Assembly: GCF_964213995.1 (NCBI RefSeq)
Contig: NC_135801.1
Location: 26,660,001 to 26,724,000, forward strand
Direction of reading: 5' to 3'
DNA length: 64,000 nt
Origin: Mustelus asterias
Taxonomy: Eukaryota
Both the position numbers and the translations under genes were made by a program. Numbering within the stretch: the first letter of the stretch is position 1; each line of letters opens with the position of its first letter. The notes under the pieces are model-generated. The model ran no database searches. It was given only the letters and a program-made list of their open reading frames with translations, and was not told where the DNA came from. This document shows, piece by piece, positions 1-11,250 of this stretch.

Positions 1-393
1 CACCATAACCCTTAATTTCTTTACTGTTAAAAAATCAAATATCTTTGCCTTAAAAACATTCAATGAGGTAGCCTCAACTGCTTCACTCGGTAGCGAATTC
101 CACTGATTCACAACCCTTTGGATGAAGAAGTTCCTCCTCAACTCAGTCTGAAATCTGTTCCCCCTTATTTTGAGGCTATGCCCCCTAGTGCTGGTTTCAC
201 CCACCAGTGGAAACAACCTCCCTGCTTCTATCTTATCTATTCCCTTCATAAGTTTATCTGTTCCTATAAGTTCCTCCCTCATTCTTCTAAATTCCAATGA
301 GTATAGCCCGAGTCTACTTAGTCTTTCCTCATAAGCCAACCCTCTCAACTCCAGAATCAACCTCATGAATGTCCTCTGCATCCCCTCCAGTGC
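1..393 (-). mobile_element. CR1/HER1-like LINE, 3' part of ORF2 (cut by window edge)
   Basis: Minus strand reads as CR1 ORF2 C-terminus (GHSLKIRG..TELRRNFFIQRVVNQWNSLPSEAVEATSLNVFK). Very similar to the copy at 14434-14903. Confidence 0.9.
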
Positions 394-665
394 CAGTAAA
401 AAAGAAAGGAAAAATGCAAAACATAGTGTAGGCCCTGATGACTGGGAGAGATATAAAAGGCAGGAAAGACTTAGCAAGAGTTACAAAAAGGGAATAGGAA
501 AAGAAACTTGCAAGAGACACCAAAATTATTTCAAAAATGGTTTACTATTATATGAGTGAAAAGAGCACAGTCAGGAGGAATGTGGGCTTTTTGACAACTG
601 ATAGTTGCTGATATTGTCAATGGAAATCAGGAATAAGTGGACATGTTGAATCTTTATTTCTACTC
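394..665 (+). mobile_element. Degenerate CR1 ORF2 fragment (region between endonuclease and RT)
   Basis: Frameshifted DWERYKRQ..EKKLARDTK..YYYMSEK..RRNVG..DMLNLYFYS. Resembles the same ORF2 region at 41750-41900. Confidence 0.65.
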
Positions 666-671
666 CTTACT

Positions 672-976
672 TAGGGTGGCGCAGTTAGCACTGCTGCCTT
701 ACAGCGCCAGTGACCAGGGTTCAATTCCAGCCTTGGGTGACTGTCTATGTGGAGTTTACATGTTCTTCTCACTTCTGCGTAGGTTTCCTTCGGGTGCTCC
801 GGTTTCCTCCCACAGTGCAAAAGATGTGCGGGTTCGGTGGACTGGCCACGCTATGTTGCCCCTTACTGTCAGCGGGATTACGTGGGGTTACAGGGATAGG
901 GTTTAGGTGGGATTGTTGTCAGTGCAGCTTCAATGGGCCAAATGGCCTCCTTCTGCACTGTAGGAATTCTATGATT
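672..976 (+). mobile_element. HE1-type V-SINE (CR1 tail)
   Basis: tRNA-like head (A/B boxes), V domain GGTTTCCTCCGGGTGCTCCGGTTTCCTCCCACAG, tail ATGGGCC..ATGGCCTCCTTCTGCACTGTAGG..CTATGATT. Confidence 0.9.
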
Positions 977-2604
977 CACTCGGGAGGAAATCCCGCCCTA
1001 GGATTGGCTGGCAGCTCTCCAGTTCCCCACAGTGACAGAAGCTGCAGTGGACAGAAGTAGAAATCCATGAGGCTGATAGGGTCTAAGACGCGGGGGAAGG
1101 TGAGTTTTCAGGGTCTCAGGGTGGTGAGGGTGGGTGGGGGGGGGGGGAGAGGGACTGGTTGGATAGTGGGGGACTGGGGTGTCAATGGAGAGGTTGGGAG
1201 TGGGTGGAGCTGCCATATCCAGCAGCCACCAGACCTTAGAGGAGGAGTGCCTGAAGTTAGAAGGAGGCTCCCCCCCTCCCCCCCCCGACCCCCCCTCCCC
1301 CCCACCTTTCCATAAATAAGAAATCCACTCACCAGTCTAAAAATTGATGCCAGGCAGAGAACAGGGAATAACTGGCCACTTAAGGCCCTCAACTGGGACA
1401 AGAGTGAGTGGGCCACCTGAGGTTTTGCCTGCCCAAGATTAAATTCACTGAGATGTCAGGTCAGGCAGGAAGTCCATTCATCCTATTTCATGCTCCCCCC
1501 CACCTCACCCCACCCCCACCTAAAAACCCACTGGCAAGCGAGTGTGAAATTCCAGCGTTAGCTAGCATGCTGCCAAATTGCAAGATGGTACAGCAACACA
1601 ATTTAGATGCCTAATCAGTTTGCTGAACCTCTCTCTGTTTTCATTTTAGATTGAATCGCTGAGTTAATGATTAAACAGGCTGAAGTACGAAGATTTGGAA
1701 GCAAATTGTTTCATCTGGAATCTGACAAAATCCTGAGTTAAGCATAATGCTGATCCAATCATAACATTCCTTGGCAAGTCGATTGCAGATGCGGGAGGAT
1801 TTATCGCGTGCTATGAGCAGTGAATGTTAGAAAGTATTTGCGGACGTCAGTGCAAGCGAAATGGGTGGGACATGTCCCAAGCTGCTTCAGCCCCCTGTGA
1901 CTTAATGCTGGAAACCCTCGTAGAGTTGTGTCCTTCCATTTCTAAACAGCTCTTTCACTGGATAGACTAAGTTTCGTAACAGTGCCTGAGGCATATTATG
2001 AATTCTCACTGACATCAGTGGTGTGCCTGTCCACAGAACAAATAATACAGGAATAGTAGCCAGTCTCCACACACCTCCCACCCACCAGATCCATTGAGTG
2101 AGGCACCGCTGTTCATTCAGATGGAGATTATTGACTTGAAATAAGATTTCTTTTGAACATAGGGACACATTTATAAGAGCTTAGATGTCAGCTTTTAGCA
2201 TCCACTCTGTATCCCACTAGGGTTACTTTTCAATCCTGATTTACAGCAGTGCTATCAATCTGAATCACACACTCACTTAAGACTGACGCTGGCACAGCAG
2301 GAGTCAATTTTTTCCGAGTCTCGCTAAAAATGGTTGCAATCTAGATAATTCTTCCCTCAGCTACCCCGGGGCCGTTTCTCTTCCATATGGTCACCTACAG
2401 AGAAGTAGCTTCAATCATCTTTGGCAGGCAGCAGATGCTTCAGCGGAATCTTATCCTTTGCGAGTCAATAAAGTTAAATGGAAGATTGCGTAGATTAACA
2501 TATCCAGCCAAATGTTTAAGCTAAAAGCTCTTTTGTGAACTAGGCTTTTAAACGTATTGTTCCCAAGCCTCAAAATAAAGGTGTTGGTGTTTGCAGATTC
2601 AGAA

Positions 2605-2904
2605 GGCATGGTGGCACAGTGGTTAGCACTGTTGCCTTGTGGTACCAGGGACCCGGGTTCGATTCCCGATTTGGGTCACTGTCTGTGCGGAGTCTGCACG
2701 TTCTCCCCGAGTCTGCGTGGGTTTCCTCCGGGTGCTCCGGTTTCCTCCCATGGCCTGAAAGACGTGCTGGTTAGGGGCGTTGGCCATGCTAAATTCTCCC
2801 TCAGTTATCCGAACAGGCTACAGAATGTGACGATGAGAGGATTTTCACAGTAACTCCATTGCAATGTTAACGTGAGCCTATTTCTGACACTAATATATAA
2901 ACTT
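2605..2904 (+). mobile_element. V-SINE, alternative-tail subfamily
   Basis: Same head and V domain; tail GGATTTTCACAGTAACT..ATTGCA..GTTAA..GACACTAAT..TAAACTTT. Confidence 0.88.
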
Positions 2905-3082
2905 TCAGTAACTTTGATGAGGCAATGTCGAGGTGACTGGAAGGTTACCGGGAATTGAGGGGCTGTGGATCGAGAAGGGGAGTGAAACTAATTGGACAAC
3001 TCTGACCCAGTACAGGCACAATGGGCCAAATGTCTTACTTTCTGTCCTGTGTAATTCGAAAAAAAGATTACTTGCACTCAAT

Positions 3083-3253
3083 GCATGAGATTTTCCAGAT
3101 CTTCCTGACAGCAGGATACTCCAGTCTCGCCAAAGGATCTTCAGGTTCCCCAGCAGCGGGACGGGCGAGTCACACACAGCAGTCCGTGGACATTGGTGGA
3201 ACTGCCTCCGCCACCAGAAAACACGCTGTGGTGGGGACTGGAAAATCCTGCCC
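3083..3253. mobile_element. Harbinger-type MITE
   Basis: Imperfect TIR (..GATTTTCCAG / CTGGAAAATCCTGCCC), 3 bp TSD AAT. Confidence 0.65.
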
Positions 3254-3416
3254 AATGGCTTGGGTTTTGTGGTAGCGAAACTGTCAGCATTCACCATCAT
3301 GATAAAACTGACAGCAACACCTGTCAGCATAAACACAATTAAATGTGGGAATCCAGAAGTTACTTTCAGTGAGCCTACTTCTCCAGAGGGTGCTCAGTTG
3401 AAGAACCCCAAGAGTG

Positions 3417-3720
3417 TTAAGTTTAGGTTCATTTATTATTGTCACAAGTAAGCTTACGTTAATACTGCAATGAAGTTACTGTGAAACTCCCCTAGTCGCC
3501 ACACTCCAGCGCCTGTTTGGGTACACTGAAGGAGAATTCAGCATGGCCAATGCACCTAACCAGCACACCTTTCAGACTGTGGGAGGAAATTGGGCACCCA
3601 GAGGGAACCCACGCAGACACGGGGAGAACATGCAGACTCCGCACAGACAAACCGGGAATCAAACCCAGGTCCCTGGCACTGAGAGGCAGCAGTGCTAACC
3701 ACTGTGCCACCGTGCCGCCC
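3417..3720 (-). mobile_element. V-SINE, alternative tail
   Basis: Reverse-complement full-length copy. Confidence 0.88.
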
Positions 3721-3974
3721 AGGTCAACCAATTGAAATCACTGAGGTCATGAGAACTGAGTGGGCTGAGCATCAGGTATTCTCATCTTTGATGTTCTCTT
3801 TCTCTCAGTTTATGATTCTGAAGGATCATGGGGCCAGTCAAGTTGCCTATTCTATTGACTGCAATCAATCAGTAGCAGCGAAGTTAACGTGCCTACCTCC
3901 AGATGTCAGAGCTGCAGTGCTGGAGAAAGCTGTGTTTGTCCTGGGGGACAGTGGGCCACCTGTACCAGGTGATG

Positions 3975-4534
3975 CAAGAGACATGGACTGGGAGGTCATC
4001 CATTGCCTGTGGCCCTTAAAATTACTGCCGCTCTGAACTTCTATGCAAGTGGCTCATTTCAGGGCTGCATGAGTGACCTGTGTAGCATATTCCAGTCAGC
4101 AGTACGCAAATGCATAAGGGAGGTTACAGATGTACAATTTGTGAGGGCCCATATGTACATCAACTTGGACTGGGACCAGGCAAACCAGGACGCCAGGGCC
4201 ATGGGCTTTAGCCACACACCAGGCATGCCCCAGGTGCAGAGTGTCATCAGCTGCACCCATGTGGCTCTGCATTCTCCATGGCAGCATGTGGTCATCATGC
4301 AGTGCCCAGTTCCTGGGGGGCATCCATGATAGTTACATCTTGCAGTGCTCGCAGATCCCGGCTATTTCTGAGGGAGAGCAGCGGCTGGAGGGATGGCTCC
4401 TCGGGGGCAAAGGGTACCCACTCAGGAGGTGGCTGATGAGGCCAGTGAAGCGGCCATAAAACACCCACTGAGTCTAGCTACAAGGAGCCTCAGGTGTCAA
4501 CGCGCACACTGATCAGGCATGGAAAACCCCGGCC
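3975..4534 (+). mobile_element. PIF/Harbinger (HARBI1-like DDE) transposase remnant ending at a TIR
   Basis: LPVALKITAALNFYASGSFQG..DLCSIFQSAVRKCIREVTD; GMPQVQSVISCTHVAL (cf. G.IDCTHV); GGIHDSYIL; GWLLGGKGYPLRRWLMRP (cf. LLGDKGYPL..WLMTP). Frameshifted, with catalytic Asp positions mutated. TIR-like GGAAAACCCCGGCC at 4521-4534. Confidence 0.88.
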
Positions 4535-6349
4535 TGTGTTATAAAAATAGGTGGTGAATTTCTCCTGGCACTCTCCTGCTAATCTGCTGGAGGCCGAGGA
4601 TTAATATAAACCCTGGCAAAAGATTGTGCATGCATCTAGACTACTTTTCCAAAGATTCAGCAACTCCTCTGCCAGAGCTACAGCAGGTGAGTGGGAGTAT
4701 CTCATGGAAGGTTCACAGCCTTGGCATCATTTTATTAACATATTGTTAATTCAATTCTATTCCAGCTTAAGAAAAGATTCAGTGTATTCAACAGCACATT
4801 GTAGAGGTCAGCCATGAGCTGGATTTTTGGCTAGGCTCAGAGGTGACAGGGTGAGGATTAGTCCCACCAGCCTGCAAGCTGGTCCCCAGGGTCCATCACA
4901 CCCCCAGGCCATTTTTACAAAGATGGGATCAGAGCGTGTCGGGCAATCAGTCCACATGTGACGGATCAAGCTTATTAGGAGTCTAACCGAGGCCAATCAA
5001 AAGAGGTTAACTGGGGCTTTCCGGTCAGCCTGCAGGTTTCCACACCAGTGAGGCCAGCCCCCACTCCCCTGTGGTGGGGGGGAAAGTTGTTCCCAGAAAG
5101 TCGGAGACAGCCGAGTCCCTGTTTCTGGACCCCGGAGAGAAATTCTGAACCTATGCATCCGTTCAACACACAAGACATAAGAGCTGCTTTTCCTACCTGA
5201 AGCTGTGCATTGTCAGAAGTTCTTGATAATGGATTTGACCCATTCTCAGGTGCATAAACTTTCGCCATCGGTTGCCGTGCCTTTGGTTATCTAGACCACG
5301 CACCTAGAAAGTACGTGCTGTAACCAAGAGGCCTGAGGCTGGTCCAGAATTGGAGCTTGGACTTCAATAACATTATCTGAGTGAGTTGTTGGCATCACGA
5401 CAGGGAGTACAAATAATTTAATGGTCCAAAATTCAGCATCTTAGACTCCCCTATAGTTACCCAGTCATAAACACCAGAGTGGGTGAGGGTGGGGTGACAT
5501 GGGCACAGCACCATGGCAGGGTGGTTTTCACGGGGTTATGTCTGAAGCCCACCCCTGGTTCCATAGTACCTTGTTTATTTTTTAATTTCAAAATCTGACC
5601 TTGCTCTATTACATTTAAAAAGATGTCCTTTTTAGGCGGCTGCCCACTGCTTAGGCCATAGCAGTCACTGAAGAATTTGAAGAGCAGGCTCGGCTAATGC
5701 TTGGATCTGCAATGTCAAATTTCCTAGAGGGGGTGAAAACAAGTGTTAGCTTCCCCCTCCCCCCACCTTCCCCAAATTCATCCTTTACGCGTCAAGGGCA
5801 GACAACCTGTTTTAATCAGCTGCTTGGGATGTCTGACAAATTGGCCAATCCATTATCAGGTGCCCCAAATTGGTCATCATTGCATCCATTTGACATTCCT
5901 AAATAAATTAGACTGACCAGTTTAGCCCGTAGCCATTGTCTGGCATTGAATTATTCTCTGCTTTCTAAGGTGACAGAATTTAATGGGTATCTCGTTCATT
6001 CTCAAGTAAGTGGCTTACTGTGATTAGAGGTTAATTGTTAAACCTAGGCACTCTATTCTGAGCATGTCAGAGAACAGAGGCACACTCGGTTTACAAGGAA
6101 CTGATGATGAAAACTGCATTCTAGTCAAGAAAATATGAAATGCGCTCAGAAAGAGTATGCCCAGCCGTAACACTGGCCTCTCAGAATAAGAGCGACCCTT
6201 CGTTCCAACATACCTTTCATCTGCAGCCAACCATTCCGACTCATCCTTGCAGTGCAGAGTAGGTCATGCACCCTCTTCCTACACTAGACCCAGTCTCGTT
6301 GCTGAATTCCGTGACCGCTCACCTCCACTGTGACCTCCATCCAGGCCTA

Positions 6350-6510
6350 AGTCCGAAAGACGTGCTGGTTAGGTGCATTGGCCATGCTAAATTCTCCCCC
6401 AGTGTGCCCGATCAGGCACCAGAGTGTGGCGACTAGGGGATTTTCACAATAACTTCATTGACAGTGTTAATGTAAGCTCACTTGTGACAATAATAAATAA
6501 ACTTTAAACT
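6350..6510 (+). mobile_element. 5'-truncated V-SINE, alternative tail
   Basis: 3' half only. Confidence 0.8.
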
Positions 6511-6545
6511 TTTCCTCAGTTAACCAAGATAATCTCTGCCTTAAT

Positions 6546-6680
6546 AAAAGCAAATTACTGCGGGTGCTGGAATCTGAAACCAAAAGAGAAAATGCTGGAA
6601 AATCTCAGCAGGTCTGGCAGCATTTGTAAGGAGAGAAAAGAGCTGACATTTCGAGTCCAGAAGACCCTTTGTCAAAGCTA
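6546..6680 (-). mobile_element. Penelope-like terminal fragment with degenerate hammerhead motif
   Basis: Minus strand 6679-6641: AGCT-TTGACAA-AGGGTC/GACTC-GAAA-TG-TC-AGCT. Same family at 10155, 31300 and 46607. Confidence 0.6.
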
Positions 6681-7224
6681 AAGCTAAAAAGTAATACATG
6701 CCATACTGATCCCGGATTCTCTACAGGAGTTCACACAGGGAACTGTGTGGCTACTCTCTGGGTAATCTGCACCAGCCCTCCACTTTTGCACTCCCACGTT
6801 TCTCTCATCGATACTTCTCTCTCTGTGGGGTGCAGGATGGATAAATTAGCTCCAAAATGATCAATTCCACATTGAGAAACGACTTCAGTTTGCACCTGTA
6901 GGTTGCTGCTGTGAGCTACTCCTCTGACTGACTCTCTTTGACTTTCAGGCAAACACTGCAGCAGAAGTGAAATTCCGAAGGCAGGACTGGCTGCCATTTA
7001 ATCAAGGCACCAGCTCTTGCATCTCTGCAACTTGATACAAGCCTGAGTGACCAACCCTGGGAAAAAGAGTATTGAGGGTCACTTACCCGGAGGAGCACGG
7101 GGGAGTGGAGCCTATGGTGGAGACTGGAGGAGTGGGAGATGAGACCGGCAAGTTGGGAGCAGAGTGCTGACAAGGCCAGGGATTGAGGGAAGAAGATGAG
7201 GCTGGAAAGTGTAGAGGATGGTGG

Positions 7225-7335
7225 ATGGCCAAACGTGGGCAATTGGGACTAGCTTAGTGGTTAAAAAGTAAAAGAGCAGCATGGACATGTTGGGCCGAAG
7301 GGCCTGTTTCCATGCTGTAAACCTCTATGGCTCAA
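7225..7335 (+). mobile_element. CR1 3' tail fragment
   Basis: GCATGGACATGTTGGGCCGAAGGGCCTGTTTCCATGCTGTA terminal stem-loop. Confidence 0.7.
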
Positions 7336-8276
7336 TTATGCTATCTTTCTAATAAAGGCACCAGGGCAGGAGCCTCAAGGGAAACATGCACACAGTATTA
7401 CTTATGGTCTGCCTCCTCAATCCAATGACACAATGCACACTGCTCCTTCAAAGGACAGTGCTGCCCCCAGATACTCCTTGCTGCTCCCCAACACAAACAC
7501 ATACATATCAGCCCAACACCCCTCCCTGGACAGACATACTCAGAATTCCCTTTCCCCAGTGCCCACTCTCCCCCTTTCGCTCAGAATCTCCTCTCTCCCC
7601 CACCTCGGACCTGACAGTGCTCTATCCCCCTTGGGCCTGCTGGAACCCAGTCTCCACTCGACTGCTGGACCACCCCATTAGTGCCCGCTGGATCCCAATT
7701 CCCCCTCGAGCATGCAGATGCCCCCCACCCAACTCAGACTTTATGGAGACCACCCCTCCCCATCTAACCTGGCCAGGCACCCCTCACCCTTACCCTTAGG
7801 CCTACCCAGACATCCTCTACTTAAGGTCCGTGCTGGGTCACTACCACCAAAGCTGACCCTGGACTCCTCCCACTCTCCCCCGCAAAGGTAGGGTTCAGTG
7901 CCACCATGCCTAGCCTGGACCTCCCAGCCCCAACTGCATAAGCTCGACACGTCCCCTGGAGGGGAGTGCTGGTCAGTTCATGGCTGAATGAGCTTGTGTC
8001 TCAGCTGCAACGGAAGACTCTGAGTGTCACCTCAGTCACTGCCCGGGGGGATCTGGGGCAAATGGCAATCCAGGAAGGCCATGGTGCAAGGGACGCGGGA
8101 TGGGAAGCAAAATCCCAGCAAATCCAGGACATGTTGGCCATGCTAATGCCCGTATTACCACATGGACTCCTAACCCTGTTACATGATTGGACAGCCTCCA
8201 CATGTCCCTTCCCCTAGTTGGCTGCCATGAAGCCTTTTCTGGGAATCCCATCACCAGGACTGTAGATTCCTAGAAG

Positions 8277-8548
8277 TAAAGTTTACTTATTATTGTCACA
8301 AGTAGGCTTACATTAACACTGCAATGAAGTTACTGTGAAAATCCCCTAGTTCGGCTACACTGAGGGAGAATTTAGTATGGCACCAGCACATCTTTCAGAC
8401 TGTGGGAGGAAACCGGAACACCTTGAGGAAACCCACACAGACACCGGGAGAACGCACAGACTCTACACAGTGACCTAAGCCGGGAATCGAACCTGGGTCC
8501 CTGGCGCTGTGAGGCAACTGTGCTAACCATTGTGCCACTGTGCTGCCC
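8277..8548 (-). mobile_element. V-SINE, alternative tail
   Basis: Reverse-complement copy with small deletions. Confidence 0.85.
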
Positions 8549-8654
8549 CACAGACAGGGATGTGTAGTTGCATATAACGCTATAATACTGGTTGTTACAT
8601 GAGAATGCGGTGCCAAAGCTGGTGAAGACTTGTGTAAAATAAATAATTCTTATT

Positions 8655-8894
8655 TGTAACTGAAAAAACTCCTCAGAGGCTGGAATCCCTTCACCAGATT
8701 CCCTTTATTTACAAACTGAATTCCACTCCTAAGAGTGCTTCAGGTACAAAGTCGGAATCCAGAGTGTCAGTCGCCCTGACACTCCTCAATATATATATAA
8801 GTGAGACTCCCTGATTGGGCAGGCAATCATTACCTCAATCAGGGAGCTCATACTCCAAGCGGCCAACTTCTTGGACCTCGTTGAGGTCATCACA
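8655..8894 (-). mobile_element. Probable solo LTR (~240 bp)
   Basis: TGT...ACA ends. On the minus strand a TATA run (~8790-8800) lies upstream of AATAAA (8708-8703). No TSD visible. Confidence 0.45.
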
Positions 8895-9019
8895 GAAATT
8901 ACAGCCTCCGATCTTGACAGTGTAAAGAACCTGAGGTAAGGCAATAATATTATTAAACCTGACAATCTAGATTGCAGCTCAATTATAAACCATACAAGTC
9001 TTCATAATAACCTGAGAAT

Positions 9020-9117
9020 TAAAAAAAACACAGGAAATGCTGGAAACAGTCAGCAAATCAGACATCATTTATGGAGAAAAAAATATAATTCAGGTCAAGG
9101 ACCTTTCATCAGAACTG
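9020..9117 (-). mobile_element. Penelope-like terminal fragment with hammerhead core
   Basis: Minus strand 9112-9089: CTGATGA-AAGGTC-CTT-GACCT-GAA. Confidence 0.55.
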
Positions 9118-9118
9118 T

Positions 9119-9559
9119 CGTATGAGAAACAGTTGAGGACTCTGGGTCTGCACTCGTTGGAGTTTGGAAGGATGAGGGGAGATCTTATTGAAGCTTACAG
9201 GATACTGTGAGGCCTGGATAGAGTGGACGTGGAGAGGATGTTTCCACTAGCAGGAAAAACTAGAACCTGAGGGCACAACCTCAGGCTAAAGGGACGATCC
9301 TTTAAAACAGAGATGAGGGGAATTTCTTCAGCCAGAGAGTGGTGAGTCTGTGGAACTCTTTGCCGCAGAAGGCTGTGGAGGCCAGGTCATTGAGTGTCTT
9401 TAAGACAGAGATAGATAGGCTCTTGATTGATAAGGGGATCAGGGGTTATGGGGAAAAGGCAGGAGAATGGGGATGAGAAAAAAAATCAGCCATGATTGAA
9501 TGGCGGAGCAGACTCAATGGGTCGAGTGGCCTAATTCTGCTCCTCTGTCTTATGGCCTT
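9119..9559 (+). mobile_element. 5'-truncated CR1 LINE (ORF2 C-terminus + 3'UTR)
   Basis: YEKQLRTLGLHSLEFGRMRGDLIEAYRIL..GHNLRLKG, followed by the CR1 3' stem-loop. Confidence 0.9.
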
Positions 9560-9888
9560 AACTGGAAGCTGTAAGAGATTAACTAGCTTTTAAACAAATG
9601 CACCGACAGGGGAGAGAGGAACAGAGAACCATCAAAAGGGAGACAGTCTACAAACAAGGATGGAGGGCATGAGTGATGATGCTGTTGCAAGGTTAATGAG
9701 GTAAGTATGGATACAAGAGCTCGAGGTCTCTGGATATGTAGACAGAATAACAGAGGGGAACCTGAAAAGTTGGGCTAGAATTTGGCACCCAAAAACAGGT
9801 AGGTTGGGACCACATCAGAAATTAAAATTTAGAAAAGTCCCAAACTCTATCTGAACCCGTCTCTCCCAAACATTCCTACATAAAGATG

Positions 9889-10073
9889 ATGTGGAGATGC
9901 CGGAGTTGGACTGGGGTGGGCACAGTAAGAAGTCTCGCAACACCAGGTTAAAGTCCAACAGGTTTATTTGGAATCAGGAGCTTTCGGATGATGAAGGAAC
10001 AGCGCTCCGAAAGTTCGTGATTCCAAATAAACCTGCTGGCTTTTAACCTGGTGTTGCCAGACTTCTTACTGTG
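9889..10073. mobile_element. Penelope-like inverted terminal-repeat insertion with hammerhead remnant
   Basis: ~69 bp inverted arms (9920-9988 / 10006-10074); TGATGA-AGGAAC-AGC-GCTCC-GAAA at 9989-10012; 10 bp TSD CATAAAGATG (9879-9888, 10074-10083). Confidence 0.7.
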
Positions 10074-10154
10074 CATAAAGATGGACCAAGGGGTGGGTTA
10101 TCAACTTCAATATTTTAATTAGACTAGCCTAATCAGCCTCTGATTTAACCTGGA

Positions 10155-10260
10155 TAAAAGCAAATTACTGCGGATGCTGGAATCTGAAACCAAAAGAGAA
10201 AACGTTGGAAAATCTCAGCAGGTCTGGCAGCCTGAGATTTTCCAGCATTTTCTCTTTCTC
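10155..10260. mobile_element. Penelope-like short fragment, fold-back
   Basis: Same family as 6546-6680, with an inverted partial copy. Confidence 0.55.
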
Positions 10261-10589
10261 TTCTGATTCAACCTGTTTTGCAAGTTTAACTACAGCTGAA
10301 GGGGAGCTGATGACAGCTTCGGGGAGTGGGTAACTGCTTTTATTTCACTGCTTGAGAGTTAGGAGAAATATGGTACTCCTTCCTGGCAATCAGAATCACC
10401 CTCCTCCAACCTCCTCACCAAACATCCCCCACACAAAGCCTGGAGGTTGGGGATCAGAATCCGCTTGAGATTTTCCTGTCCACCCCCTCTCTGGGCAAGG
10501 GACTGAACCTACCTGGTCCTATGGCCTGTTCTGCAATCCTCCCAACCTAACCGGAAGCTAAGTCTGTCTATCTGGCTGTCTTTTCACAG

Positions 10590-10860
10590 ATCATAGAATC
10601 CATAGAATCACTGGAGTGCAGAAAGAGGCCATTCGGCCCATCGAGCTTGCACCAACAACAATCCCATTCAGGCTCTCTTCCAGTAACACTCTGTATTTAC
10701 CCTGCTAATCTCCCTGACAGTAAGGGGCAATTTGCATGGCCAATCAACCTAACCTGCACATCTTTGGACACTAAGGGGCAACTTAGCATGGCCAATAAAC
10801 TTAACCCACACATCTTTCAGACTGTGGGGGGAAACTGGAGCACCCGGAGGAAACCCATGC
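10590..10860 (-). mobile_element. HE1-type V-SINE, partial
   Basis: CR1-like tail and part of V domain on the minus strand. Confidence 0.8.
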
Positions 10861-10966
10861 CGATATCTGACGCAGTACTCCAACTGCAATCTACTTGTGA
10901 AGATTCATCATCGCCTCATTGCTTTTGTAGCCACTTCGATGGTGCAGAAATTCCATCACCTCACTA

Positions 10967-11250
10967 GGGGCGCCATGGTGGCACAGTGGTTAGCACTGCT
11001 GCCTCACGGTGCCAAAGACCTGGGTTCAATTCCCAGGTTGGGTCACTGTCTGTGTGGAGTCTGCACATTCTCCTTATGTCTGCATGGGTTTCCTCCAGGT
11101 GCTCCGGTTACCTCCCACAGTCCGAAAGACGTGCTGGTTAGGTGCATTGGCCGTGCTGAATTCTCCCTCAGTGTACCCAAACAGGAGTGTGGCGACTAGG
11201 GGATTTTCACAGTAACTTCATTGCAGTGTTAATGGAAGCATACTTGTGAC
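10967..11250 (+). mobile_element. V-SINE, alternative tail
   Basis: Full head, V domain and tail. Confidence 0.88.

Noticed and set aside
1630-1840. Strong acceptor (TTTTCATTTTAG) suggesting a coding exon
   Set aside because: All three frames hit a stop within six codons and no donor is supported.
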